A DNA stretch of 64,000 nt from Humidesulfovibrio sp. (GTDB lineage: Bacteria; Desulfobacterota; Desulfovibrionia; Desulfovibrionales; Desulfovibrionaceae), in contig NZ_JAUYFU010000024.1 of the NCBI RefSeq assembly GCF_030689645.1, positions 56,807 through 120,806 on the forward strand, written 5' to 3'. The notes beneath the pieces were generated by a model. The model saw nothing but the letters and a program-made list of their open reading frames with translations. It was not told the DNA's origin and did no database searches. Shown here in pieces: positions 10,191-20,395 of the stretch (position 1 is the first letter of the stretch; every line of letters starts with the position of its first letter). The position numbers and the translations under genes were made by a program.

Positions 10191-11510
10191 GTGGCGCTCT
10201 CCGGTGTTGAAAATCTCGCCCGCCTGCCCGAGCTGAAGAAAAAGCTCCTCTGGACCTTCGTTCTTCTGGCCGTGTACCGCCTCGGGATCCATATCCCGGT
10301 GCCGGGCGTGGACAGCCATGCTCTGACGGAGTTCTTCAACAGCGCTTCGAACACCCTGTTCGGCCTGTTTGATATGTTCTCCGGCGGTGGCTTGAAAAAA
10401 CTGTCTATTTTCGCACTGGGCATCATGCCCTATATCTCCGCGTCCATTATCCTCCAGCTTCTTACCGTCGTGAGCCCCGAGCTTAAGCGGTTGAGCAAGG
10501 AGGAGGGCGCGGAGGGCCGTAAGAAAATCACCCAGTATACGCGCTACGGCACGGTACTCATCACCTGCATTCAGGGCTTTGGCGTTGCCGTGGGCCTTGA
10601 GAGCATGTCGAGTCCAACAGGACAGTCGCTGGTCCTCTTCGGGGGATGGGGCTTCCGCTTGGTGACTATGGTCACATTGACCGCAGGCACCGTGTTTCTC
10701 ATGTGGCTGGGTGAGCAGATGACCCAAAAGGGCATCGGCAACGGCATCTCTATGATCATCTTCGCAGGTATTGTTGCTGGGCTGCCCTCAGCCCTGATGA
10801 ACACCTTCCAGTTGGTCGGCGCAGGCGAGCTTTCGCTCATCATGCTCCTGGTCATCCTGGCGCTCATGGGCGCCGTGCTGGTCTTCATTGTCTACGTGGA
10901 GCGCGGTCAGCGCCGTATCCCCATCCATTACGCGAAGCGAATGCTTGGTCGTAAGATGGTCGGCGGCCAGACCACGCACCTTCCCTTGCGCGTCAACGTC
11001 GCAGGCGTCATTCCCCCGATCTTCGCATCGAGCATTCTGCTCTTCCCTGCTACGCTGGCGAACTTCTCCAGTGTTGAGTGGCTTCAGAAGATCTCTCAAT
11101 ACATGACACCTTCGTCGATTATTTACAATGTCGCTTTCATTGGCCTCATCTTGTTCTTCGCCTACTTCTACACGGCTATTCTCTTTGATCCCAAGGGTAT
11201 CTCTGAGAACATCCAGAAGCAGGGCGGGTTCATTCCTGGCATACGCCCCGGGGCCAAAACCCGGGAATACATCGACAGAGTTCTTGCGCGCATCACTTTG
11301 TGGGGCGGCATCTATATGTCGGTGATCTGTGTTTTGCCCATGCTGCTCATCAGCCAGTTCAACATTCCCTTCTACTTTGGCGGCACGAGCTTGCTTATCG
11401 TGGTTGGCGTTGCCATGGACTTCATGGGTAAAATCGAGTCTTATCTCATCTCCCGTCAGTACGAAGGTCTGATGGGCGGTGGCAAGGCCCGCATCAAGGG
11501 CAGGCAGTAG
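10191..11510 (+). CDS. secY: Preprotein translocase subunit SecY
   Basis: 439 aa polytopic membrane protein with a GTG start (...LLWTFVLLAVYRLGIHIPVPGVD...GIMPYISASII...). Confidence 0.97.
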   Translation: MALSGVENLARLPELKKKLLWTFVLLAVYRLGIHIPVPGVDSHALTEFFNSASNTLFGLFDMFSGGGLKKLSIFALGIMPYISASIILQLLTVVSPELKRLSKEEGAEGRKKITQYTRYGTVLITCIQGFGVAVGLESMSSPTGQSLVLFGGWGFRLVTMVTLTAGTVFLMWLGEQMTQKGIGNGISMIIFAGIVAGLPSALMNTFQLVGAGELSLIMLLVILALMGAVLVFIVYVERGQRRIPIHYAKRMLGRKMVGGQTTHLPLRVNVAGVIPPIFASSILLFPATLANFSSVEWLQKISQYMTPSSIIYNVAFIGLILFFAYFYTAILFDPKGISENIQKQGGFIPGIRPGAKTREYIDRVLARITLWGGIYMSVICVLPMLLISQFNIPFYFGGTSLLIVVGVAMDFMGKIESYLISRQYEGLMGGGKARIKGRQ

Positions 11511-12281
11511 TTGAAAAAGGCGCGCGGCATCTTTCTCAAGAACGAGAAGGAGCTTGGCCTCATGCGCGAGGCCGGGCGTATCGTGTCCCGCATCTTGGAT
11601 GAAATAGGCAAAGCCGTTAAACCCGGCGTGCCGACCATGCTCTTTGAAGACATTGCGCGCAGAATGTGCGATGAGTACAAGGTCAAGCCTGCTTTTTTAG
11701 GCTACCTTGGCTTTGAATACGCAATCTGCTGTTCCGTGAACGAGGTGATCGTGCACGGGTTCCCCGCCACCGAGCGCATTCTCAAGGAGGGGGACATAGT
11801 GAGCATTGATATGGGGGTTGTGTATCAGGGTTTCCACGGTGACTCCGCGAGGACGTTTGCTGTGGGAGTTGTAAGTCCTGTTGCGCAGCGCCTTATGGAT
11901 GTGACGAAGGATTCGCTGGACCTGGGCATAGCCCAGGTGCGCAGCGGGGCAAACCTCTACGATGTGTCTGCTGCAATACAGCATCACTGTGAAGAGGCCG
12001 GGTTTGGAGTGGTTAGGAGGTTCGTTGGGCATGGCATTGGTGTCAAGCTGCACGAGAAGCCAGAAATTCCGAACTTCGTTCCCCGCGGGCTTGCCGGTGT
12101 GACGCTCAAGCCTGGCATGTGCCTGGCCATAGAGCCGATGATCACCGAGGGCAGTTATGATGTGGATATTATGGAGGATCGCTGGACCGCAGTGACCAAG
12201 GACCGTAAACTTGCCGCCCATTTTGAACATACGGTGGCAGTGACTCATGACGGTCCGGTTATTTTAACGGTAAGCGACTAG
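11511..12281 (+). CDS. map: Type I methionine aminopeptidase
   Basis: 256 aa with metal-ligand context (DIVSIDMG, GHGIG, EPMI, HFEHTV). The TTG start immediately after the secY stop is uncertain by a few codons. There is no adk or infA between secY and rpmJ. Confidence 0.93.
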   Translation: MKKARGIFLKNEKELGLMREAGRIVSRILDEIGKAVKPGVPTMLFEDIARRMCDEYKVKPAFLGYLGFEYAICCSVNEVIVHGFPATERILKEGDIVSIDMGVVYQGFHGDSARTFAVGVVSPVAQRLMDVTKDSLDLGIAQVRSGANLYDVSAAIQHHCEEAGFGVVRRFVGHGIGVKLHEKPEIPNFVPRGLAGVTLKPGMCLAIEPMITEGSYDVDIMEDRWTAVTKDRKLAAHFEHTVAVTHDGPVILTVSD

Positions 12282-12288
12282 AAAAAGC

Positions 12289-12315
12289 TTGCGTTCTTTG
12301 AACAAGGCATATATT
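12289..12315 (+). promoter_or_regulatory. Possible internal promoter ahead of rpmJ-rpsM-rpsK-rpsD-rpoA-rplQ
   Basis: TATATT at 12310-12315. The -35-like TTGCGT at 12289-12294 leaves only a 15-nt spacer, so the match is weak. Confidence 0.25.
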
Positions 12316-12416
12316 TTCCTCCGTCTTAAGAATGGTCGTTAACGCTCGGCCTCAGGCCAAGCATACTGTGTAGAACGGCACCTTTACGTGAGGAGCCGAG
12401 CAAAGTGGAGTAGGGC

Positions 12417-12530
12417 ATGAAAGTACGGCCTTCCGTGAAGAAGATGTGTCCCAAGTGCAAAATCATCCGTCGGCGCGGCGTTTTGCGGGTTATCTGCGAG
12501 GATCCCCGGCACAAGCAGCGCCAGGGTTAA
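12417..12530 (+). CDS. rpmJ: 50S ribosomal protein L36 (zinc-binding form)
   Basis: Absent from the ORF track because it is under 60 aa. Read directly: ATG 12417, [40 protein letters not shown] at 12528-12530. GGAG lies 6 nt upstream. Confidence 0.95.
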   Translation: MKVRPSVKKMCPKCKIIRRRGVLRVICEDPRHKQRQG

Positions 12531-12548
12531 TCAGAGAGGGGTACAAGA

Positions 12549-12929
12549 GTGGCTCGCATTGCAGGCGTTGATCTGCCCAGAAACAAGCGGCTGGACATCG
12601 CGCTGACGTATATTTTCGGCATTGGCCGTACGACAGCGCTTTCGATTCTCGACACAGTCGGAATCGATTGGACCAAGAATACCGACGGTCTCTCCAATGA
12701 GGAAGTTAACCTCATTCGCGTGGAGATCGAGGCCAACCACAAGGTCGAAGGTGACCTGCGTCGCGACGTGACGCAGAACATCAAGCGCCTGATGGACATT
12801 GGCTGCTACCGTGGCCTCCGGCACCGCAAGGGCTTGCCCGTGCGTGGTCAGCGCAGCCACACCAATGCGCGTACCCGTAAGGGACCGCGCCGCACCGTGA
12901 TGGGCAAGAAGAAGTCTCCCGCCAAATAG
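12549..12929 (+). CDS. rpsM: 30S ribosomal protein S13
   Basis: 126 aa with a GTG start, [26 protein letters not shown]... Confidence 0.97.
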   Translation: MARIAGVDLPRNKRLDIALTYIFGIGRTTALSILDTVGIDWTKNTDGLSNEEVNLIRVEIEANHKVEGDLRRDVTQNIKRLMDIGCYRGLRHRKGLPVRGQRSHTNARTRKGPRRTVMGKKKSPAK

Positions 12930-12958
12930 GTGGGGGGTCTCTTCGGGGAATGAATCTC

Positions 12959-12984
12959 GGACGCCATGAGCAATCATGGTGTCC
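12959..12984 (+). other. Hairpin with GCAA (GNRA) tetraloop in the 103-nt rpsM-rpsK spacer
   Basis: ggacgccatga (12959-12969), loop gcaa, tcatggtgtcc (12974-12984). This is 11 bp including one G-U pair, followed by gtgcttttcc. Confidence 0.4.
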
Positions 12985-13032
12985 GTGCTTTTCCGAATGA
13001 TATGATCGCCTGCGGGCGAAGCGAGGACAGAC

Positions 13033-13419
<387 letters not shown>

Positions 13420-13436
13420 GACCAAGGAGGAACAAC

Positions 13437-14063
13437 TTGGCTCGTTACACCGAAGCGAAATGCAGGCTCTGTCGCCGCGAAGGCCAGAAGCTTTTTCTGA
13501 AAGGCGACCGTTGCTTCACCGATAAGTGCGCCTATGAGCGTCGTCCCTACGCTCCCGGCTTTGCCGGCAAGCTCCGCAAGAAGCTTACCGACTACGCCGT
13601 GCAGCTGCGTGAAAAGCAGCGCGTGCGCCGCATGTACGGCATCCTTGAAGGTCAGTTCCGCAACTACTTCAAGCGCGCTGAGGATCAGAAGGGCGTCACC
13701 GGCGCCAACCTGCTGATTCTGCTTGAGCGTCGTCTGGACAACGTGATCTACCGCTTGGGCTTCGCCAATTCGCGCGACCAGGCCCGCCAGCTGGTGCGTC
13801 ACGGCCTGTTCACTCTGAACGGTCACAAGGTGAACATTCCGTCTCTGCTCATCCGCCCCAACGACGTCGTTGAGGTGCGCGAGAAGAGCCGCAAGGTTCC
13901 TGTCATCACCGAGGCACAGGAAGTTATTGCCCGCCGTGGCTGCCCCTCCTGGCTCGAGAGCGACGGCGCCGCTTTCAAAGGCGTTGTGAAGGCTCTGCCG
14001 ACCCGGGAAGACATCCAGTTCCCGATCAATGAGCAGCTCATCGTCGAACTGTACTCCAAATAA
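13437..14063 (+). CDS. rpsD: 30S ribosomal protein S4
   Basis: 208 aa with a TTG start, [26 protein letters not shown]... Confidence 0.97.
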   Translation: MARYTEAKCRLCRREGQKLFLKGDRCFTDKCAYERRPYAPGFAGKLRKKLTDYAVQLREKQRVRRMYGILEGQFRNYFKRAEDQKGVTGANLLILLERRLDNVIYRLGFANSRDQARQLVRHGLFTLNGHKVNIPSLLIRPNDVVEVREKSRKVPVITEAQEVIARRGCPSWLESDGAAFKGVVKALPTREDIQFPINEQLIVELYSK

Positions 14064-14075
14064 GCAGGTGTAGAC

Positions 14076-15116
14076 ATGCTTATTCAAAACGGCGACAAGC
14101 TTATCAATACACGCAACTGGTCCGAGCTGGTGAGGCCGGAACAGCTCGCGCGCGATCCCAAGTCTAACGACATGTATGGGAAATTCGTGTGCGAGCCCCT
14201 GGAGCGCGGATTTGCCACCACCATCGGCAACTCGCTCCGGCGCGTGCTGCTGTCTTCGTTGCAGGGCGCGGCCATTGTCGCTGTCCGCATCGAAGGCGTT
14301 CAGCACGAGTTCACCACGGTCAAGGGCGTGCTTGAGGATGTCACCGAGATAGTCCTCAATCTCAAGCAGGTCCGCCTGGCCATGACCAGCGTCGAGCCGC
14401 AGAGGCTCGTGCTGGAAGCCAAGAAGAAAGGCCCGGTGACCGCCGCCAACATCAAGGAAAACCAGAACGTGCGCGTCCTGAATCCTGATCAGCTCATCGC
14501 CACCCTCTCTGAGGACCGCGAGCTGCGTATGGAGCTTGAGATTCGCATGGGCAAGGGCTACGTGCCCTCCGAGATGCATGAGGGCTTGGAAGACGAGATC
14601 GGGCTCATCACCCTGGACGCCAGCTTCGCCCCGGTGCGCAAGGTGGCCTACATGGTTGAGCAGGCCCGCGTCGGCCAAATGACCAATTATGACAAGCTCC
14701 TGCTTGAGGTCTGGACCGACGGGTCCCTGTCCCCCGAGGACGCGGTGGCTTACAGCGCCAAGATCCTCAAGGACCAGCTCAGCGTTTTCATCAACTTCGA
14801 CGAGCAGTCCTCGGACAAGAAGAAGAGCGCTGACCTCGACATGGACCTGAATCCCAATCTGCTCAAGAGCATTGACGAGCTTGAGCTGTCTGTGCGCGCC
14901 ACCAACTGCCTCAAGGCGGCCAATATCGCCTATGTGGGCGAGTTGGTTCAGCGCACCGAGGGCGCCATGCTCAAGACCAAGAACTTTGGCCGCAAGTCCC
15001 TGGATGAGATCCGCCGCGTTCTGGAGAGCATGGACCTGCGCTTTGGCATGACCGACGAGGTCGTGGAGAAAAAATTCCAGGAATTGCTCAAGAGGAAAGA
15101 AAGAAATGAGGCATAA
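14076..15116 (+). CDS. rpoA: DNA-directed RNA polymerase alpha subunit
   Basis: 346 aa with N-terminal assembly domain and C-terminal domain (...[23 protein letters not shown]...). Confidence 0.98.
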   Translation: MLIQNGDKLINTRNWSELVRPEQLARDPKSNDMYGKFVCEPLERGFATTIGNSLRRVLLSSLQGAAIVAVRIEGVQHEFTTVKGVLEDVTEIVLNLKQVRLAMTSVEPQRLVLEAKKKGPVTAANIKENQNVRVLNPDQLIATLSEDRELRMELEIRMGKGYVPSEMHEGLEDEIGLITLDASFAPVRKVAYMVEQARVGQMTNYDKLLLEVWTDGSLSPEDAVAYSAKILKDQLSVFINFDEQSSDKKKSADLDMDLNPNLLKSIDELELSVRATNCLKAANIAYVGELVQRTEGAMLKTKNFGRKSLDEIRRVLESMDLRFGMTDEVVEKKFQELLKRKERNEA

Positions 15117-15522
15117 CAAGTCCGGGCGCAAGCTCAATCGCAATAGCTCTCACCGTAGCGCCATGTTCAAGAACATGGCCCGGGCCGTCATGACCTACGA
15201 AACCATCCGCACCACCGAGGCCAAGGCCAAGGAACTGCGGAGCGTGGTCGACGGTCTGATCACCCTGGCTCTGAAGAACGATCTGCCCGCTCGTCGGCAG
15301 GCCTTCAAGGTGCTGGGCAACCACCAGATGGTTAAGCACCTGTTCGACGTTGTCGGTCCCCGCTACGTCGGCGGCATGGGCGGGTACACCCGTATCGTGA
15401 GGCTTTCCCAGCCACGCATTGGCGACTCCGCTCCCATGGTCATCTTCGAGCTGACCAAGCTGGCCGAGAAGGCCGCTGTGGAAACCGCCGCTCCCAAGGC
15501 CGAGGAAAAGGCTGCTGAATAA
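15106..15522 (+). CDS. rplQ: 50S ribosomal protein L17
   Basis: 138 aa, [24 protein letters not shown]... Overlaps the rpoA end by 11 nt. Confidence 0.97.
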   Translation: MRHNKSGRKLNRNSSHRSAMFKNMARAVMTYETIRTTEAKAKELRSVVDGLITLALKNDLPARRQAFKVLGNHQMVKHLFDVVGPRYVGGMGGYTRIVRLSQPRIGDSAPMVIFELTKLAEKAAVETAAPKAEEKAAE

Positions 15523-15562
15523 GCCTCGACTCATGCGCCATTAAGAAAGTATTCATTTTATG

Positions 15563-15590
15563 AAAAGGACGGTTCGCCGTCCTTTTTTTT
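15563..15590 (+). terminator. Intrinsic terminator of the ribosomal superoperon
   Basis: aaaa GGACGG ttcg CCGTCC followed by T8 (stem 15567-15572 / 15577-15582, T-run 15583-15590). Confidence 0.9.
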
Positions 15591-15645
15591 GGCTTGCGCT
15601 ATAGGTATATTCGATGGTAGAAGGCTTTGAGATCGGAGGTGCCGG

Positions 15646-16542
15646 ATGGATTTTCGAAAACTAGAGGCCTTTTGCAAGGTCTACGAATTGAAAAGTTTTT
15701 CCAAGGCCGGGCTGGAGCTCCAGCTTTCCCAGCCAACCATCAGCGCGCATGTTGCGAATCTGGAGGAGGAGCTCGGCGTACCACTCTTTGACCGTTTGGG
15801 TCGCACGGTTCTTCCCACGCAGGCTGGCGAGGTTCTTTACCGGGGCGCCAAGCAGGTCTTTCAACAGGTTGGGCGCATCAACTCAGAAATTGGCTTGCTG
15901 CGCGATATGGTGGTAGGCGATCTGCTTCTGGGTGGCAGCACCATTCCAGCGAACTACATCCTTCCGACGCTGCTCAAAGCCTTTCTCGGCCTATACCCAT
16001 CGTTGCGCGTGCATATGACTATTGGCGACACTGACTCCATCATTCGCCAAGTTGGTCAGGGCCGGCTAGAACTCGGCATAGTGGGGTCGCAGCCGGAGCA
16101 GCAGGGCATCGCATCCTACCCTTTGCATCGCGACGAGCTGGTCATGTTGGCCGCGCCTTGCCTCATGGAGGGCCGCTCTGAACCCAAGACTCTACGCGAT
16201 CTGCGCGTCTGGCCCTGGATACTTCGTGAGCGCGGATCGGGCACGAGACGGTTTTTGGAGACCCTGCTGAAGGGCGCGGGCATCGCCATCAACGACCTTA
16301 AGGTGAGTTTGTGGGTGGAGAGCACCGAAGCGGCCATCCAATGCGTTCGCTCAGGCCTGGGAGTCAGCGTGGTTTCAAAGCTTGCAGCGCAGCCGTATCT
16401 AGACCGCGGCGAACTTGTCGTGCTTGATGTTATGGCCCAGAAGCTGGAGCGCTCGTTCTACCTTATTCAGCGCCAGGGCCGCGATCTGTTGCCCGCAGCC
16501 AGCCTGTTCATCGAACACGTGCGCAACGCGACCAAGGGCTAG
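15646..16542 (+). CDS. LysR-family transcriptional regulator
   Basis: 298 aa. N-terminal wHTH is FSKAGLELQLSQPTISAHVANLEEELGVPLFDR, followed by a substrate-binding domain. Confidence 0.9.
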   Translation: MDFRKLEAFCKVYELKSFSKAGLELQLSQPTISAHVANLEEELGVPLFDRLGRTVLPTQAGEVLYRGAKQVFQQVGRINSEIGLLRDMVVGDLLLGGSTIPANYILPTLLKAFLGLYPSLRVHMTIGDTDSIIRQVGQGRLELGIVGSQPEQQGIASYPLHRDELVMLAAPCLMEGRSEPKTLRDLRVWPWILRERGSGTRRFLETLLKGAGIAINDLKVSLWVESTEAAIQCVRSGLGVSVVSKLAAQPYLDRGELVVLDVMAQKLERSFYLIQRQGRDLLPAASLFIEHVRNATKG

Positions 16543-16561
16543 GTCTCGAACTTCTGTCATT

Positions 16562-17407
16562 TTATTCCAGTGATAGGAAGCATAGCTCTGGCGGGGCGGG
16601 AATCACTCCCGCCTTCGCCAGACGCTCATAGAACAGCCGCAGGCCTGCAAGCTCCTTCTCCCCAAGATCATACACCAACCCAGCGAAATACGAGCGCATC
16701 TCCGCTTCGGTAAGAATGCTGCCCTTGGCCGCCACGGCAGAAATCCTGCCCAGATGTCCCTGCCCCCATTTCTTGGCCTCGATGAGAAGCTTGGCTCCGG
16801 CCACCACCTCGGACCGGCGCGTTCGCACGGCCTCGCGGTTGGCTATCCATAGCCCGAAGATGAAGGGCATGCCTGTCCATTCCCGCCACGACTCACCCAG
16901 ATCCATGCGGTGCGGGTAGTCTGGGTGCCTACGCAGGTTGAGCGCCTCGTCCCCGATGCAGAGGATGGCCTCGGGGCGATCGCCATTTTCCAGTATGGCC
17001 GTGGCGTCTCCCGTGCGGTAGCTTGGTTTGACGCCGATGTGCTGGCGCAAAAGCAGATCCACCAGGGCGGCGGAGGTATGGGTCTGTGCGCTCACCAGAA
17101 TGGTCTTGCCGTCCAGGTCTTCTGGTCTTGTGCGGCAGAGCAGCAGCACGCTCTGAACCGGGCCCCGGCTCCCGATGGCCAGGTCCGGCACCACAAAGTA
17201 CTTATCCGGGTGGCGCGCATACTCTATGCATGAGCAGCCTGAGAGGTCCAGGCGGCCACGGTCCATGAGAATGTTCAGCTCTGCAGGCGGGCCGGAAACG
17301 AGTTCGAAGTCGCCCTTAAGGATGCCCTGCTCAAGCGGATAGTGCAGGGGCAGCACGTTCAGGTAGCCGATGCGGCCCAGGCGGATGGGGGAAGGCGTGC
17401 CGTGCAT
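16562..17407 (-). CDS. mqnA: Chorismate dehydratase MqnA (futalosine pathway)
   Basis: 281 aa. IRLGRIGYLNVLPLHYPL... is the typical MqnA N-terminus, with a periplasmic-binding-protein-like fold family. Confidence 0.8.
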   Translation of the reverse strand: MHGTPSPIRLGRIGYLNVLPLHYPLEQGILKGDFELVSGPPAELNILMDRGRLDLSGCSCIEYARHPDKYFVVPDLAIGSRGPVQSVLLLCRTRPEDLDGKTILVSAQTHTSAALVDLLLRQHIGVKPSYRTGDATAILENGDRPEAILCIGDEALNLRRHPDYPHRMDLGESWREWTGMPFIFGLWIANREAVRTRRSEVVAGAKLLIEAKKWGQGHLGRISAVAAKGSILTEAEMRSYFAGLVYDLGEKELAGLRLFYERLAKAGVIPAPPELCFLSLE

Positions 17408-19668
17408 CAGGCAAGGCCCTCAGCTGCATCAGTCTCGCCATCCTGGGTCACAAGAGCGTAGTTCATACGCCGCTGTTTGGGCTCAAAGCCTGCCGCGTGC
17501 ACAAGGGTGTCAATCTCCTGCCGCGAGAGCCGGAAGCTGACTCCTGCCGCGCGCACCACGTTCTCCTCAATCATGGTTGAGCCGAAGTCGTTGCCACCAA
17601 AATACAACGCCAACTGTGCGATTTTTGGTCCCATGGTGACCCAGGAGACTTGCACATTCTCCACGTTGTCCAGCACCAGCCGCGCGAGAGCCAGCATGCG
17701 TAGGTATTCCGCGCTGGTCAGAGGCCGGGCGCTGATGTTCGTGTTCTCCGGCTGGAAGGTCCAGGGGATGAAGGCAGTGAAACCATGGGTGCGGTCCTGG
17801 CTTTCGCGCACGCTGAACAGATGCCGCAAGCGGTCATCCTCGGACTCCTCGTGGCCGAACATCATGGTGGCCGTGGTGCGCAAGCCCAGCGCGTGGGCCT
17901 CCTCCATGATGCCGAGCCACTGCCCGGCCTGGCATTTGTTGGGCGAAACCTTGGCGCGCACGCTGTCCACCAGGATCTCCGCGCCGCCGCCGGGTATGGA
18001 GTCCAGGCCCGCAGCCTTCAGCCTGGTGATGACCTGGACGGTGCTCAAACCGCTCAGTTGGGCGAAATGGGCTATCTCCGGCGGTGAGAACGCGTGTACG
18101 TGGATGGGGTAGTTGTCCTTGATGAAGGTCAGCATGTCCTCATACCATGAAAGCGGCAGGTCCGGGTGGTGTCCGCCCTGCATGAGGATTTGGGTGCCCC
18201 CCAGGGCCAGGGTCTCCTCGATTTTTTTACCGATCTCTTCAAAGGAAAGCACGAAGCAGTCCTTGTCTCCCGGAGCGCGATAATAGGCGCAGAAGCGGCA
18301 GGCGCACACGCAGACATTGCTGTAGTTGATGTTCCGGTCAACCACGTACGTCACCATTGGCTTGGGGTGTTTGCGCAGGCGAACCTTGTGCGCGGCGTGC
18401 CCCAGCGCGTGCAGTTCGGCATGCCGGTACAGGACGCGGGCGGTGTCGAAGTCCAGCCTCGCCCCGGCGGCGGCGGCGTCCAGCAGCCCCTGCAAGGTGG
18501 CGGAGGAGGGCGCGTCGGTCCAGGCTTTGGGCGCTGGCTTCGCCACATTTATGGGGTTGAAGCGTGCGTCGCGCTCCACAGGCGTCAGGCCCAGGCCGCG
18601 TATCATGGCCTCCAACTGGCTTTTGGTGAGCCCTTGCTCGCTGGTGGCCCCGGCCATGTGCCCGATCTTCTCCTCCACCACCGTGCCGTCCAGGTCGTCG
18701 GCCCCGAAGAACAGGGCGGCCTGGGCCTGCTTCACGGTGAGCATTACCCAGTAGGCCTTGATGTGCGGGATGTTGTCCAACATCAGGCGGCTGATGGCGA
18801 TGGTCTTGAGTTCGTCCACGCCGGTGAGGGGCTGCTCCACCTTGATGGCGTTGTTCTCCGTCTGGAAGGGCAGGGGGATGAAGCAGGTGAACCCGTCGCT
18901 CCCATGCTGTCGGGACAGGTCTTGCTGTCGGCGCAGGGCGTCCAGATGGTTCAGCCGGTCGTCGATGTTCTCAAGATGGCCGAAGAGCATGGTGCAATTG
19001 GTGGCGAGCCCCAGTTGGTGGGCTTCCCCGTGGATGCGTAGCCATTCCTCTGCCGTGGATTTTTTTGGGCAGATGCGGCGGCGCACGCTGGGCTCGAAGA
19101 TTTCCGCCCCGCCGCCTGGCAGCATGGCCAGTCCGGCGTCCTTGAGACTTTGCAGCACCTCGCGGGTGCTGATGCCTTCCAGGCTGGCGAAGTGGGCGAT
19201 CTCAACAGCGGTGAAGCATTTGAGCGTCGCGTCGGGAAGGGACTTTTGCACGGCGCGCAGCAGATCCACGAAGAATGATAGCCGCAGGTCCGGATGGCAG
19301 CCGCCCACGATGTGCACCTCGCGCGGGGGCAGGGGGGCGTTTTGTAAACGCTCCACCGCATCGGCGATGGACAGCTCGAAGCCGCCTTCCTCGCCCTTGG
19401 TGCGCTGGTAGGCGCAGAAGGCGCAGCCGTTGACGCAGACGTTGGTGTAGTTGATGTGCCGATTCACCACGAAAAAGGCGCGGTCGCCGTGCAGCTGGGT
19501 GCGCCGAAAGTGCGCCAGAGCCCCCACGGCGGTGACGTCCGGGCATTGGTAGAGCCTTCGGCCATCCTCGATGCTCAGGCGTTGTCCCGACGCGACCTTC
19601 CGGGCTATGTCGGTCAGCCCTAAGGCGGCGAAGCGTTTCTCGTCAATTATTAATGTTTCTGTTGTCAT
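17407..19668 (-). CDS. Fusion of two CofH/MqnC/MqnE-type radical SAM modules (aminofutalosine synthase plus dehypoxanthine-futalosine cyclase candidates)
   Basis: 753 aa with two complete modules. Each has NINY(T/S)NVC...C..C (CVNGCAFCAY and CVCACRFCAYY), GGGAEI and FIP...F(Q)(T/P)EN motifs. The gene overlaps the mqnA start by 1 nt. Confidence 0.8.
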   Translation of the reverse strand: MTTETLIIDEKRFAALGLTDIARKVASGQRLSIEDGRRLYQCPDVTAVGALAHFRRTQLHGDRAFFVVNRHINYTNVCVNGCAFCAYQRTKGEEGGFELSIADAVERLQNAPLPPREVHIVGGCHPDLRLSFFVDLLRAVQKSLPDATLKCFTAVEIAHFASLEGISTREVLQSLKDAGLAMLPGGGAEIFEPSVRRRICPKKSTAEEWLRIHGEAHQLGLATNCTMLFGHLENIDDRLNHLDALRRQQDLSRQHGSDGFTCFIPLPFQTENNAIKVEQPLTGVDELKTIAISRLMLDNIPHIKAYWVMLTVKQAQAALFFGADDLDGTVVEEKIGHMAGATSEQGLTKSQLEAMIRGLGLTPVERDARFNPINVAKPAPKAWTDAPSSATLQGLLDAAAAGARLDFDTARVLYRHAELHALGHAAHKVRLRKHPKPMVTYVVDRNINYSNVCVCACRFCAYYRAPGDKDCFVLSFEEIGKKIEETLALGGTQILMQGGHHPDLPLSWYEDMLTFIKDNYPIHVHAFSPPEIAHFAQLSGLSTVQVITRLKAAGLDSIPGGGAEILVDSVRAKVSPNKCQAGQWLGIMEEAHALGLRTTATMMFGHEESEDDRLRHLFSVRESQDRTHGFTAFIPWTFQPENTNISARPLTSAEYLRMLALARLVLDNVENVQVSWVTMGPKIAQLALYFGGNDFGSTMIEENVVRAAGVSFRLSRQEIDTLVHAAGFEPKQRRMNYALVTQDGETDAAEGLA

Positions 19669-20329
19669 CGGAGTATCCTCGGGGAGCCAGCAGCAAGCCC
19701 TGGCTCAAGATGTCCGCCAAGACCGAAAGGCGCGCTTGGCGGGTTGTTTCGTCGTCGTGGCTCAGACCGAAGCCTGCGTCCAAAAGGGGCGAATCCTGGG
19801 CGGTCAAGGCCCGGTCCAGGGCCGCCTCGATGAGAAAGCTGGCGGCCTGCGGGTCAACGTCGGGCCGCAGTTCGCCACGGGCCTGCCCGCCCTCCACCAG
19901 TTCGCGGAAATACGTCAGAGCTTCGTCGCGTACTTGCGAAAGCAACAGCGCCCGCAGGGGGAAGTCGTCCTGGGTGACCATGCGCCGGTACACCCGCCAG
20001 ATGAGCGGATGCGAGCGGGCAAAGGCAGCGCCGGCCACGAACACGCGGCGCAGGCGCACCGGGAAGGGCTCTGCGCTGTCCGCGTCGCGGATGGCTTTCA
20101 ATGGGGTCTTGATCTCGTCGAGCGCGCGGGCGAATAGGTGTCGGAATAGGCCTTCTTTGGTCCCGAAGTACTGGAAAAGCGACCCCTTGGCGATACCGAG
20201 CCGCCCCACGATGCGGTTCACGCTGGCTTGATGGTAGCCATGCTCCGCGAACTCATGCAAGGATTCCTCAAGCACTCGGCCACGCTTCTGCGGGTCCAGG
20301 TTGTCGAAGGTTGAGCGCGGGATATCCAT
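19643..20329 (-). CDS. TetR-family transcriptional regulator
   Basis: Start is ATG 20329 (MDIPRSTFDNLDPQKRGRVLEESLHEFAEHGYHQASVNRIVGRLGIAKGSLFQYF...). The 3' end overlaps the radical-SAM fusion gene by 26 nt. Confidence 0.88.
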   Translation of the reverse strand: MDIPRSTFDNLDPQKRGRVLEESLHEFAEHGYHQASVNRIVGRLGIAKGSLFQYFGTKEGLFRHLFARALDEIKTPLKAIRDADSAEPFPVRLRRVFVAGAAFARSHPLIWRVYRRMVTQDDFPLRALLLSQVRDEALTYFRELVEGGQARGELRPDVDPQAASFLIEAALDRALTAQDSPLLDAGFGLSHDDETTRQARLSVLADILSQGLLLAPRGYSDDNRNINN

Positions 20330-20377
20330 TGCTTGGAGCTTGCCTCTCCGGCTTTGGCCGGGTACATTGCCCGGAGA

Positions 20378-20395
20378 AATGACCGGGTGGTCATT
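20378..20395. promoter_or_regulatory. Perfect 7-4-7 palindrome (candidate TetR operator), with an extra half-site at 20407-20413
   Basis: AATGACC gggt GGTCATT at 20378-20395. GGTCATT is repeated at 20407-20413. It lies in the 155-nt divergent spacer between the TetR gene and mqnD. Confidence 0.6.
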
